NCBI GenBank assembly: GCA_965200315.1
Contig: OZ241362.1
Span: forward strand, 2,688,001 to 2,752,000
Direction: 5' to 3'
DNA length: 64,000 nucleotides
From: Candidatus Latescibacterota bacterium
Lineage (GTDB): Bacteria; Latescibacterota; UBA2968; UBA8231
Shown here: piece by piece, positions 20,929 through 29,806 of the stretch
Position numbering within the stretch: position 1 is the first letter of the stretch
How the letters are laid out: each line of letters opens with the position of its first letter
Notes under the pieces: generated by a model
Database searches by the model: none
The model's input: only the letters and a program-made list of their open reading frames with translations
Told to the model about the DNA's origin: nothing
Position numbers and translations under genes: made by a program

Positions 20929-21508
20929 GAATTTCACCGGCTGCGATCCGCACGAGCGTCGCCGCATAGAGCCGGTGCTCCACCGCTAATACCCGCTTCT
21001 GTAACGTCTCGGGCGTGTCTTCTGCTTTGACCGGAACCTTTTCCTGCGCCAGCACTCGCCCGTGGTCGTATTCTTCATCTACTAGGTGGATCGTCGCCCC
21101 GCTCTCTCGCTCTCCAGCGGCTAACACGGCCTCGTGGACCCGCATCCCGTACATGCCCTGGCCGCCGAACTTGGGCAACAGGGCGGGATGGATGTTCAAA
21201 ATCCGTCCTTCGTAGACCGCCAAAACCTCTGCCTCCAGCTTCTTCATATAGCCGGCCAGACAAATCACTTCGACCTCGTGCCACTGCATCGCCGCCAGAA
21301 TCGCTCCGCCCAGCACCTCTCCGTGCGTCCGCTCGCTCAGGTGGTACGCCGCAATGTTCGCCTGCCGCGCTCGCGCCAGCGCACCCGACTGCGAGTTGTT
21401 GCTAATCACCACGCGCGGCTCGGCCGCTAGCGTCCCCGCCTGACAGGCGTCGATGATCGCCTGCATATTCGACCCGGTGTGCGAGGCGAGAAACCCCAGT
21501 TTTAGCAT
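20900..21508 (-). CDS. purN: Phosphoribosylglycinamide formyltransferase
   Basis: GSNMQAII, LAGYMK, LNIHPALLP, EYDHG. Confidence 0.97.
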   Translation of the reverse strand: MLKLGFLASHTGSNMQAIIDACQAGTLAAEPRVVISNNSQSGALARARQANIAAYHLSERTHGEVLGGAILAAMQWHEVEVICLAGYMKKLEAEVLAVYEGRILNIHPALLPKFGGQGMYGMRVHEAVLAAGERESGATIHLVDEEYDHGRVLAQEKVPVKAEDTPETLQKRVLAVEHRLYAATLVRIAAGEIPIPLPRPRA

Positions 21509-21856
21509 CTAGAGGATGTCCAAGACTCGCTCCGGCGGTCGCCCGAGACGCACTTGGCTCCCTTTGACTACGATGGGCCGCTCGATCAGGATGGGGTGTT
21601 CCACCATCGCCTGAATGAGCTGCGCCCGATCCGTCACTTCAGCCAACCCCAGCGCCTCGTATTCGTCCTCTTTGGTGCGCATCAGTTCCCGAGGTTCCAG
21701 CCCCAGCTTTTGCAAAAGCTCGTCTAGGGTTTTGGCGTCCGGCGGTGTCTGTAAGTATTCGACGACATTTACTTCCACGCCGTTCTCTGACAACAAAGCC
21801 AACGTCTGCCGACTTTTAGAGCATCGCGGGTTGTGGTATATCGTTACTTCGGCCAT
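21509..21856 (-). CDS. arsC: Arsenate reductase (glutaredoxin-type ArsC family)
   Basis: IYHNPRCSKSR, HPILIERPIV, GRPPE. Confidence 0.92.
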   Translation of the reverse strand: MAEVTIYHNPRCSKSRQTLALLSENGVEVNVVEYLQTPPDAKTLDELLQKLGLEPRELMRTKEDEYEALGLAEVTDRAQLIQAMVEHPILIERPIVVKGSQVRLGRPPERVLDIL

Positions 21857-21911
21857 TTTCTTCCCCTGTTGAGTGTTTGATTGCCAGCGCAAAAATTAAG
21901 GTCTTGCCCTC

Positions 21912-22724
21912 ATGCCTACAATAAGCCCATCCAGCGGCCCGGCGACGCCAGCCGACGCCGAGTTCTTTCAGCACAACGGCTACATCCGCTACGAGCACTT
22001 CTTCTCGCCAGCGGAGATCGCCCCGCTGCGCCAAGCCATTGACCACGCTATCGCCACGCATCGCGCCCGCATCAGAGGGGCCGAAAGGGATGGCCGCGGG
22101 TCGGAAGACTACGAGCGCGTCTTCAACCAGATGGTCAACCTCTGGACCGACTACCCAGCCGCCAAGGAAATCGCCTTCCATCCGCGCTTGGCCGAAACCG
22201 CCCGCCGCTTGAGCGGCTGCCGCCACGTGCGCATCTACCACGATCACGCGATGATCAAGCCTCCCGGCCAAACGAGCAAGGAAACAAACTGGCACCAGGA
22301 CGCTCCCTATTGGCCGATGGACCCGGTCGGGGCGCTGTCGGCGTGGATTGCAGTGGACGACGTGACCGCAGACAACGGCTGCCTCCACTTTGTGCCCGGC
22401 TCCCACCAGTACGAGCGGCTCGAACCGATCAAGCTCGGCGTCGCTGGCGAGAGTATCGTCAATAAAATGAAGGAACGGGGCTACGATGTGCCCGATCCGG
22501 TGACCATGGACATGAAAGCCGGCGGCGTTACCTTCCACCACGGCTGCACCTTCCACTACGCCGGTCCCAACCAAACTGCTGCGCCGCGCCGTGCGTTCGC
22601 CATTATCTACATGCCCGACTACACAGCGTTTACCGGGACGCACGACGCGGCTGGCGCGGCCGACGAGATGGAAGCCGGCGGCCCCTGGGACCATCCGCTG
22701 CACCCCATTCTGGCGGGCGAGTGA
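21912..22724 (+). CDS. Phytanoyl-CoA dioxygenase (PhyH) family protein
   Basis: WHQD, WIAVDD, NGCLHFVPGSH, HYAGPN, RRA. Confidence 0.93.
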   Translation: MPTISPSSGPATPADAEFFQHNGYIRYEHFFSPAEIAPLRQAIDHAIATHRARIRGAERDGRGSEDYERVFNQMVNLWTDYPAAKEIAFHPRLAETARRLSGCRHVRIYHDHAMIKPPGQTSKETNWHQDAPYWPMDPVGALSAWIAVDDVTADNGCLHFVPGSHQYERLEPIKLGVAGESIVNKMKERGYDVPDPVTMDMKAGGVTFHHGCTFHYAGPNQTAAPRRAFAIIYMPDYTAFTGTHDAAGAADEMEAGGPWDHPLHPILAGE

Positions 22725-22740
22725 GGCGGCGCAAAACGCG

Positions 22741-23622
22741 GTGAACCCACAGATCAAATGGGTTTCTTATGCGCTCTGGCTCTTGCTCCAAGTAGCCATG
22801 CCCCTGAGTGCCGAGGAGCAGGACACCCTGGCCGACCCACAGGTGTCCATTTCCCTCGCTGATGGCACCCACCTCAAAGGCATTATCATTGAAGAGACCA
22901 AAACCCACGTCTTCGTCCAGACACTGGCTGGTCTGGAAGTAAAAGTGCCGAGAGCGTCCATCGTTTCGATAAGAAAGCACCCTGCTGGTGCTTTCTTCCG
23001 TCCCGACCCCAACTACACCCGCCTGATGTTCGCACCTACTGGCAGGCCATTGCGCCGAGGAGATCGCTATTTCTTCAATTACTACGTATTCTTCCCCGGC
23101 ATGGCCTACGGTTTCACCGACCACTTTGGCGTGGCAGGAGGCATGTCCATTATTCCGGGGTTAGGATTGAGAGAGCAAATCCTGTCAGTGGCCCCCAAGG
23201 TCGGCCTCTACGCTAGTGGCGATGTCGCCCTTTCCGCAGGCATGCTCTATATGAATGTCGCCGGCGAAGGGGCCGGAGGTATGGCCTTTGTGGTAGGGAC
23301 GAAAGGCAGCCCCGACAAGAGCTTCACCTGTGGCATCGGCCTCGGCTACATCGCCGAGGAAGGCGAGGATGTGGATTTCGCCGAGCACCCAGTTCTCCTC
23401 CTCGGCGGCAATATCCGCCTCTCCGAGAGCATGGCCTTGGTCTCGGAAAACTGGCTCATTATCGGCGAAGAGCTCGGGCTCGACCAACAGCCACTGGGCC
23501 TCGCCCTTCGCTTTTTCGGCTCCAAGATAGCTGTTGATGCCGGTGCCATTATCATCGGCGAGGTCCTCAAAGAGGGATTTCCCATCCCTTGGCTCTCCTT
23601 CGTCTATAATTTCGGCGACTAA
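22741..23622 (+). CDS. Secreted / outer-membrane beta-rich hypothetical protein
   Basis: Signal peptide, DPNYTRLMFAPTGRPL, alternating beta strands, aromatic-rich C-terminus. Confidence 0.7.
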   Translation: MNPQIKWVSYALWLLLQVAMPLSAEEQDTLADPQVSISLADGTHLKGIIIEETKTHVFVQTLAGLEVKVPRASIVSIRKHPAGAFFRPDPNYTRLMFAPTGRPLRRGDRYFFNYYVFFPGMAYGFTDHFGVAGGMSIIPGLGLREQILSVAPKVGLYASGDVALSAGMLYMNVAGEGAGGMAFVVGTKGSPDKSFTCGIGLGYIAEEGEDVDFAEHPVLLLGGNIRLSESMALVSENWLIIGEELGLDQQPLGLALRFFGSKIAVDAGAIIIGEVLKEGFPIPWLSFVYNFGD

Positions 23623-24186
23623 ACCACGGCCCAAAGTCTTGGCAGCTCCTAGATTGGGAGAGGGATATTCGTGAACCGCACCAAGAGATGAGGAGTCCGG
23701 CGACTGGCCTGTTAAGTCGCCAACTCCGACTGCATTAGGCGAGTTCGAGGCCCGTCTGCGAGAAGTCGTTCCCCATGCAGAGGAGTGGCTCGCCAGCGAG
23801 TTGGACTGAAGGACTTGTTACGCCAATGAAAGTGAGAAAGATCGTCTATCTGATTCACTCAATGCTCTACAGCGACTTGGCCTCCACTGACCCGAAAACC
23901 CTGCGCAACACGAATGCCGGGATCTATCTCGAGCGCGAGTTGCTGTGCGAGCGGCGTTGGCGTGCGGCGATCCGTCAACTGGAGCCGGATGCGATTACCG
24001 TCTGCTAAGAAGGGGATGGGCACGAGCGGCCCGGTTCTTCTCCCAACTTGCGATGAACTCGGCGACGTCCATCGCTGGCATTTGGATCAAGGACTGATCT
24101 TGCCCAATCGGGGGACGCGCTCTAATTTGGCCCAAGCGCACGACAACCCTTTCCAATCGCCGCATCAGCCGCATCGGAGGAATCCC

Positions 24187-24990
24187 ATGTTGACCGACCA
24201 TCAGCTACAGCACTTCCGCACCTTCGGCTTCGTCCCCCTGCGCAAGCTGTTCACCCCGGAAGAGGTCGAGATTCTGCGCGAGGAGTACGAGTCCGAGCTC
24301 GATCACGTGTACGCCGAGCAGCCCTTCACGGGGGAGACGCGCTATTGGACGATGATGCTGCACCCGCGCACCCCCCTGTACGCCAGCCTGCTCGAGGACG
24401 AACGCTTCTGCGGCGTGGCCGAGCAGCTCTACGGAGACGACGTCATCGGCATCGGCACCGATGCCAACCGCTATGTCGGCGATACGAAATGGCATCCCGA
24501 CCACAGGGCCGATCCATCCGCGGATTGCTTCGGCGTCAAGTTCGCCTTCTACCTCGACCCGGTCGATGCCGAAAGTGGCGCTCTGCGGCTCATCCCCGGT
24601 TCGCACCAGCGCGAGTTTCACGATCAGTTGCACGACACCTTGAACTCCCTCGAGCTCGACATGGCCGCCGTCCCCGCCTACGTCTGCCGGTCGGAGCCGG
24701 GCGATGTGGTGGCCTTCGACATGCGCTGCTGGCACGCCAGCAGTGGCGGCGCTGCGGGTCGCCGCATGTGTACCTGTGTGTACTACAACAACCCCAAGGG
24801 CGAAGCCGAAGAGGCCGCCACCCGGGATCGCGCCGTCCGCTCGAAGGAGACGCCCGCGCACTTCGGACGCACGGAACAGTCTATGTACCCGCTCGAATGG
24901 CTGCGGAATCCTTCCGGCAGCCCCAAGCGAGGACGCTGGCTGCGGCGCATGGCCGAGCTCGGGTACTTCAAACTGCCCACCGTCCCTTGA
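24187..24990 (+). CDS. PhyH family dioxygenase
   Basis: WHPD, GALRLIPGSH, GDVVAFD..WH; GGAGG RBS. Confidence 0.9.
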   Translation: MLTDHQLQHFRTFGFVPLRKLFTPEEVEILREEYESELDHVYAEQPFTGETRYWTMMLHPRTPLYASLLEDERFCGVAEQLYGDDVIGIGTDANRYVGDTKWHPDHRADPSADCFGVKFAFYLDPVDAESGALRLIPGSHQREFHDQLHDTLNSLELDMAAVPAYVCRSEPGDVVAFDMRCWHASSGGAAGRRMCTCVYYNNPKGEAEEAATRDRAVRSKETPAHFGRTEQSMYPLEWLRNPSGSPKRGRWLRRMAELGYFKLPTVP

Positions 24991-25029
24991 GCGCCCAGAT
25001 TGCAGCAAAGCATTGAGGCGACAGCCAAC

Positions 25030-25048
25030 ATAGTCTATATTGGACTAT
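25030..25048. promoter_or_regulatory. Probable TA autoregulatory operator (ATAGTC-N7-GACTAT)
   Basis: 6-bp inverted repeat about 28 bp upstream of the Phd-like start. Confidence 0.5.
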
Positions 25049-25075
25049 AACGACGGCAACTTAGCTAGAGGAACT

Positions 25076-25360
25076 ATGACCGCCCGACACTCAGCACCCC
25101 ATCGCGTTTGGACCGTCGCCGAGGCCAAGGCGCGTTTGTCTGAAGTCCTGCGCCGCGCCGAAGAGGAAGGGCCTCAACACATCGGTACTCGGAAGTCCTT
25201 CGTCGTAGTTCCCGCCCACGTATGGGCCGAGAAAGAATCGCAGCGCCAACCCATGGGCCAGTGGCTGGTAGCCAACATGCCCCGTGGCGCGAACCTTGAG
25301 ACCCCCAGAAATAGAGAGTCCCGGCGGGAAATCCCATTCGCGTCTGGAGACACCGGGTGA
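25076..25360 (+). CDS. Phd/YefM family antitoxin
   Basis: WTVAEAKARLSEVLRRA..EGPQ; GTGA overlap with the toxin. Confidence 0.9.
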   Translation: MTARHSAPHRVWTVAEAKARLSEVLRRAEEEGPQHIGTRKSFVVVPAHVWAEKESQRQPMGQWLVANMPRGANLETPRNRESRREIPFASGDTG

Positions 25361-25833
25361 GCAGGTTTCTGCTAGACACCAATGTGGTCTCGGAGTTGAC
25401 AAAGGACGCGCCCAATCCGCGGGTTGTCGCATTCCTGGCCGAACAAGACGACTTGTGGTTATCCTCGCTAGTGTTGCACGAGTTGGAGTTCGGCTTGCAA
25501 CTGCTGCCGCCGGGACAACGTCGCGACGAGTTGCGGTCGGTGCTGTCAGAGTTCATTTCGGCGTATGAGGATCGCATCCTGCCCTTGGAGAAGACCGGGG
25601 CAGAGCGGGCGGCCCAATTCCGGGCGCAGGCGCATCGCTCTGGTCGCGTGCTGGACTTGGGGGATGCGCTGATCGCCGGGACCGCCAACGTTCACAGTCT
25701 CTCTGTTGCGACGCGGAACGTCGGGGACTTCGCAGACCTCGACGTCGACGTCATTAACCCTTGGGACGACGCCTTAACCACCCCCAACAAATCCACTGTC
25801 GAAGCGGACGAGGATAGGGCCGATCCACGCTAA
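25357..25833 (+). CDS. vapC: VapC PIN-domain toxin
   Basis: LLDTNVVSE, DALIAGTA, ATRNVGDF. Confidence 0.93.
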   Translation: MSRFLLDTNVVSELTKDAPNPRVVAFLAEQDDLWLSSLVLHELEFGLQLLPPGQRRDELRSVLSEFISAYEDRILPLEKTGAERAAQFRAQAHRSGRVLDLGDALIAGTANVHSLSVATRNVGDFADLDVDVINPWDDALTTPNKSTVEADEDRADPR

Positions 25834-25972
25834 AAGAAGGCTGAAAATAATGCAGGATGTGGCGAATAAACTAGACCAATTGGAGCGCCGCAATGTGAAC
25901 TACGAGGGCATCTGGCACGTGTCGCGGCCTATGGGGATACAACGGCACCTTTCCGTTCGCCTGAGATACACT

Positions 25973-26779
25973 TCACACGGCTACCAACTCTGGGTAGTCC
26001 GGCCCCTGAACAATTTCGCCCACGCTCACAGTTTCGACATTGCCCATGCGTTTGTTCCAATTGTCGCCTAGGCGACGGGTATAGCCGGGCATGAGGTGCA
26101 TGATATAGCTGCGCCGTGGATTGTCGGTTTTGTTGCCGTACGAGCCGTGGAAGGTGCGGCAGTGGTGGAAGTGGCAGTGTCCGGCCTCAACCTCGCAGGG
26201 CACGGGCGTCAGGTCGGCCCCGGCGGGGATCCCCTCCTGTTGTAACAGCCAGTGCGGGTCGTCAACCACGGCGTCTTCGCGGTTATAGCGCATCGTCCAT
26301 AGATGGCTGCCCGGGATGACGTGCATGCAGCCGTTATTGACCGTGGCGTCGTCCAAGGCGATCCAGCAGGTGCCCATATCGGCTGGTCCGACGTGATTCC
26401 AAAAGGTGTAGTCCTGGTGCCAGGCCAAAGCGGTTTTCGCGTCGTAGGCTGGCTTGTAGATCATTTGGTCTTCCCATATACGCACCGGGCCGGACATGAG
26501 TTGGTGCGCCAAGGCGCTGATGGTCGAGTTGTCGATGAGGGCGGCAAAGATCGGGTCTCGGCGGAAGATATTGACCACCTTGACCGAGGGCAGTTGGCCC
26601 TTGGCGCGGGACTGCTCTACGGTTTCGCCCATCAGGTGTTTGGGGAAGGGGATGCGGCCGTGGAGCATGTCGTCGATGCGTTCCTTGAGCGCGCTGATCT
26701 GCTCGGCGGATAGGACGCGCGGGCCGGACAGATAGCCTTGGGTTTTGTAGTGTTCGATTTGGGCGTCGGTGAAAAGCAT
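25973..26779 (-). CDS. PhyH family dioxygenase
   Basis: WHQD, WIALDD, NGCMHVIPGSH, HGSYGN, RRS. Confidence 0.92.
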   Translation of the reverse strand: MLFTDAQIEHYKTQGYLSGPRVLSAEQISALKERIDDMLHGRIPFPKHLMGETVEQSRAKGQLPSVKVVNIFRRDPIFAALIDNSTISALAHQLMSGPVRIWEDQMIYKPAYDAKTALAWHQDYTFWNHVGPADMGTCWIALDDATVNNGCMHVIPGSHLWTMRYNREDAVVDDPHWLLQQEGIPAGADLTPVPCEVEAGHCHFHHCRTFHGSYGNKTDNPRRSYIMHLMPGYTRRLGDNWNKRMGNVETVSVGEIVQGPDYPELVAV

Positions 26780-26932
26780 AGTAGGTTCTCCAGCTCAGGA
26801 GGGGCTGCCATCCAGCCTGAGCAGTCCGGCCACCGCATTGTGGCCACAAGGCTCTATATTGGGTAGGCGCTGCGAAAAATATGGGACGAATTTAACCGAT
26901 GCACAATTTGAGTGCGGCAATGGAGACAAACT

Positions 26933-28195
26933 ATGTCTAAATCGAATTCACAGGCGGTAGTGATTCGCCCGGGACTGCTCGCCGACGGCCTCGGCGGCAG
27001 CGCCAAGGCCGGGCAGGCGGTATTCGTACGAGATGGCGCAATCGCCGCGGTCGGACCATTGGCACAGGTGGAGCAGCAGACGCCTCCCGACACCCCGACC
27101 GTCGATTTGAACGGCTGCTGTCTCACCCCCGGCCTCATCGACGGCCACACCCACCTCAGCCTCCCGGGAGATGGCCAACACTACGGTCTGACCTTCCAAG
27201 AAAGCGATGAGACCATGGCGCTCATCGGGGCCATGAACATGCTCAAGCACCTGCGCGCCGGTATCACCACCCTGCGCGAGCACGGCGCTCGCAACAGGGT
27301 CGGGTTCATCCTCAAGCAAGGTCTGCAACGCGGATACATCTCCGGGCCGCGGACACTCGTCAGCGGGCGCCCGATCACCTGCACGGGTGGCCACTTCCAC
27401 ATGTGCAACGAGATCGCCGACGGAGTGGAAGAAATCCGCCGATCCGTGCGTCAGCTCGTCCACGAGGGGGCCGACTACATCAAGGTAATGGCCTCCGGTG
27501 GCGGGACGACCGGCACGATTCCGGGGTTGCCCACCTATTCGACGGAAGAACTACAGGCCCTCGTGGGCGAGGCGCGCCAATTTCACCGCATCACTGTCGC
27601 TCATTGCCGCTCCAAGCAGTCGATGGTGCGGGCCGTCGAGGCCGGCATCGATCTGATCGAGCACGTCGAGTTTCTCGAACCAGACCACGTGATGCGCTTC
27701 GACCCAAAAGTAGCCGAGATGTTGGCCGAATCCGGCATCTGGCTGAGCCCCACGCTACAGGCGTGGACCAACTACCCGCAGATGGTGCGCCTGCGCAAGC
27801 TGCGCGACGAGGGAGCTATGGGTGCCAAAGAGGCGGCAGCGCTCACCCATCTCGAACAACGAGCGGAGAAGCGGCTAGACGTGATGCGGAAGATGCTCGA
27901 CTACTGCCTGAAGGAGCGCGTGGTGCCCGGCACGGACTCAGGAGTGGGCAGCCTCGAATTCGGCCACTTGGACTACGACCTGCAGCTACTGGTCGAATGC
28001 GGATTCACTCCGGCAGAAGCCCTCGTCGCGGCGACCCGGGTCTCGGCCGAGGCGGCCGGTATTGCCGATGAGGTGGGGACCATTGAGGTCGGCAAATCGG
28101 CAGACCTTGTCGCCTTTGGGGGCGATCCGACGGCAGATGTGGCCGCCTTCAGCGACGTCAGGGCGGTTTTCCAAGCTGGGGTGCGCGTTCAATAG
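26933..28195 (+). CDS. Amidohydrolase family 1 protein
   Basis: PGLIDGHTH, GADYIKVM, VAH, GTDSG, GKSADLV. Confidence 0.92.
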   Translation: MSKSNSQAVVIRPGLLADGLGGSAKAGQAVFVRDGAIAAVGPLAQVEQQTPPDTPTVDLNGCCLTPGLIDGHTHLSLPGDGQHYGLTFQESDETMALIGAMNMLKHLRAGITTLREHGARNRVGFILKQGLQRGYISGPRTLVSGRPITCTGGHFHMCNEIADGVEEIRRSVRQLVHEGADYIKVMASGGGTTGTIPGLPTYSTEELQALVGEARQFHRITVAHCRSKQSMVRAVEAGIDLIEHVEFLEPDHVMRFDPKVAEMLAESGIWLSPTLQAWTNYPQMVRLRKLRDEGAMGAKEAAALTHLEQRAEKRLDVMRKMLDYCLKERVVPGTDSGVGSLEFGHLDYDLQLLVECGFTPAEALVAATRVSAEAAGIADEVGTIEVGKSADLVAFGGDPTADVAAFSDVRAVFQAGVRVQ

Positions 28196-28218
28196 TCAGC
28201 ACAGAGAGGAATAGGCGA

Positions 28219-29358
28219 ATGGATGTCGCTGAGATTCGAGAGCAGATCCCGGGTCTGCGGTTCGGCGTCTATCTCAATACCGGCGGGGTCGGCCAAGTAC
28301 CCGCCAGCGTGAGTCAGGCGGTCACCGCTGGCTACCGGCTGATGGCCGATGGCAGGCTGAGTCCCATCGACTGGTATGAAGCGATGGTCAAGGCCGCCGC
28401 CGAGGTCCCTGCAAAGATCGCCGATTTCTTTGGAGCCGACTCGACAGAGATCGCCTTGACCATGAGTACCGGCGATGGCTTTGGCATGGTGTTGGGGGGG
28501 CTGCGTTGGGAATCAGGTGACGAGGTGTTGATCACCAGCGAGGAGCATCCAGTGCCGCTTCAGTCCGTTCAAGGGCTGGCCTCCCGGGAAGGGGCCGTCA
28601 TCAAGGAGGTCGAGCTGGACCACGACAAGGACGTGATCCTAGAACGGGTGGAACGGGCCATCACGCCACGCACCCGGCTGATCTGCTTCAGTCACGTCAC
28701 CACCGACTCGGGCACCCTGCTGCCGGCTGAGGAAATCTGCGCCCTCGCTCGGGCCCGCGGAATCCTCACGCTGTGGGACGGCTGTCAGGCGGTGGGTCAG
28801 CTACCGGTGGACCTCCATGGCATGGGCTGCGACTTCTACGCTACCAACTGCTACAAGTGGCTGCTGGCACCGATCGGCACTGGGTTTCTCTATGTCCGCG
28901 GAGAGGCGCAGCAGGCTCTCAAGCCGTTGCGGCGTCCGCACGATCCCTCCGCCTCAGCGCGACAGTACGAGATGGGGTCTCCGGCGAGCGTGCTCTACTT
29001 GGGAGTCGGCACCAGCCTCGACTTTATGACCCGCATTGGCGGACCTCGGGCTATCGCGGCGGAGGCGAGCCGTAAGGCGGAGGGGTTGTGGGCGCGTCTC
29101 GACGCCATTCCCGGTGTGCAGGTCGTCAGCTCACGCTGCCCCGAGACCCGGAGCGGCATCGTCACATTTGCCATCGCAGGGATGGAAGGCGACGAGGTCT
29201 CCACGGCCCTCAGGCAGCGTTGGCAGATCGTCCAACGGGGCACGTACATGACCGATCCGACCGGCGTACGGATCTCGGTGGCCTTCTACACCAGCGACGC
29301 GGAGCTGGACTTGCTGGTCGAAGCGGTGACGACGCTGGCCGGAGAGGCGAAGCGATAG
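28219..29358 (+). CDS. Class V PLP-dependent aminotransferase
   Basis: YLNTGG, EEH, SHV, DGCQAVG, YKWLLAP, VRIS. Confidence 0.9.
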   Translation: MDVAEIREQIPGLRFGVYLNTGGVGQVPASVSQAVTAGYRLMADGRLSPIDWYEAMVKAAAEVPAKIADFFGADSTEIALTMSTGDGFGMVLGGLRWESGDEVLITSEEHPVPLQSVQGLASREGAVIKEVELDHDKDVILERVERAITPRTRLICFSHVTTDSGTLLPAEEICALARARGILTLWDGCQAVGQLPVDLHGMGCDFYATNCYKWLLAPIGTGFLYVRGEAQQALKPLRRPHDPSASARQYEMGSPASVLYLGVGTSLDFMTRIGGPRAIAAEASRKAEGLWARLDAIPGVQVVSSRCPETRSGIVTFAIAGMEGDEVSTALRQRWQIVQRGTYMTDPTGVRISVAFYTSDAELDLLVEAVTTLAGEAKR

Positions 29359-29664
29359 ATGCGAATCGACAGACTCGACATGTACTAAGTGGTGATGCCG
29401 CTCATCTATCCTTGGCGCACGGCGTATGGGGAAGACTCCGACATCCACTCAGTGCTCGTCAAGCTGACCAGCGGCGAGCACGAAGCCTGGGCGGAGAGCA
29501 CCCCCTTCTTCGCGCCCACCTACCTCAGCGAGAGCGCCGGGTCTGCGTTCTATCACGTCTCCGAGGTGATGGGGCCTTGGGTCGTGGGGCGCGAGTACGA
29601 CACGGCCGAGCTCGACCAGCGGCGAGTGATCACCCACAACTTGATGATTCTCCCAAATGCCTAA
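29359..29664 (+). pseudogene. o-succinylbenzoate synthase / enolase-superfamily N-terminal remnant
   Basis: MRIDRLDMY*VVMPLIYPWRTAYG...WAES.P..APTY..E; stop at codon 10; homology lost after about 29612. Confidence 0.7.
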
Positions 29665-29806
29665 ACCTTTTCAACAGAGCAAAAAGGCTTCTAAGAAAGC
29701 TGTGCGAGGGAGAGATTAGCGAGCGGGACGATAGTGATTGAAGGGCTGGTTGTTTGGGAGAGGATTATTTTCCAGATATTCTTCGAGTCGACGTATTATT
29801 CGGGGA

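Noticed and set aside
23692-23727. Hairpin as a possible riboswitch or ncRNA
   Set aside because: No recognisable aptamer consensus; the surrounding DNA looks like gene debris
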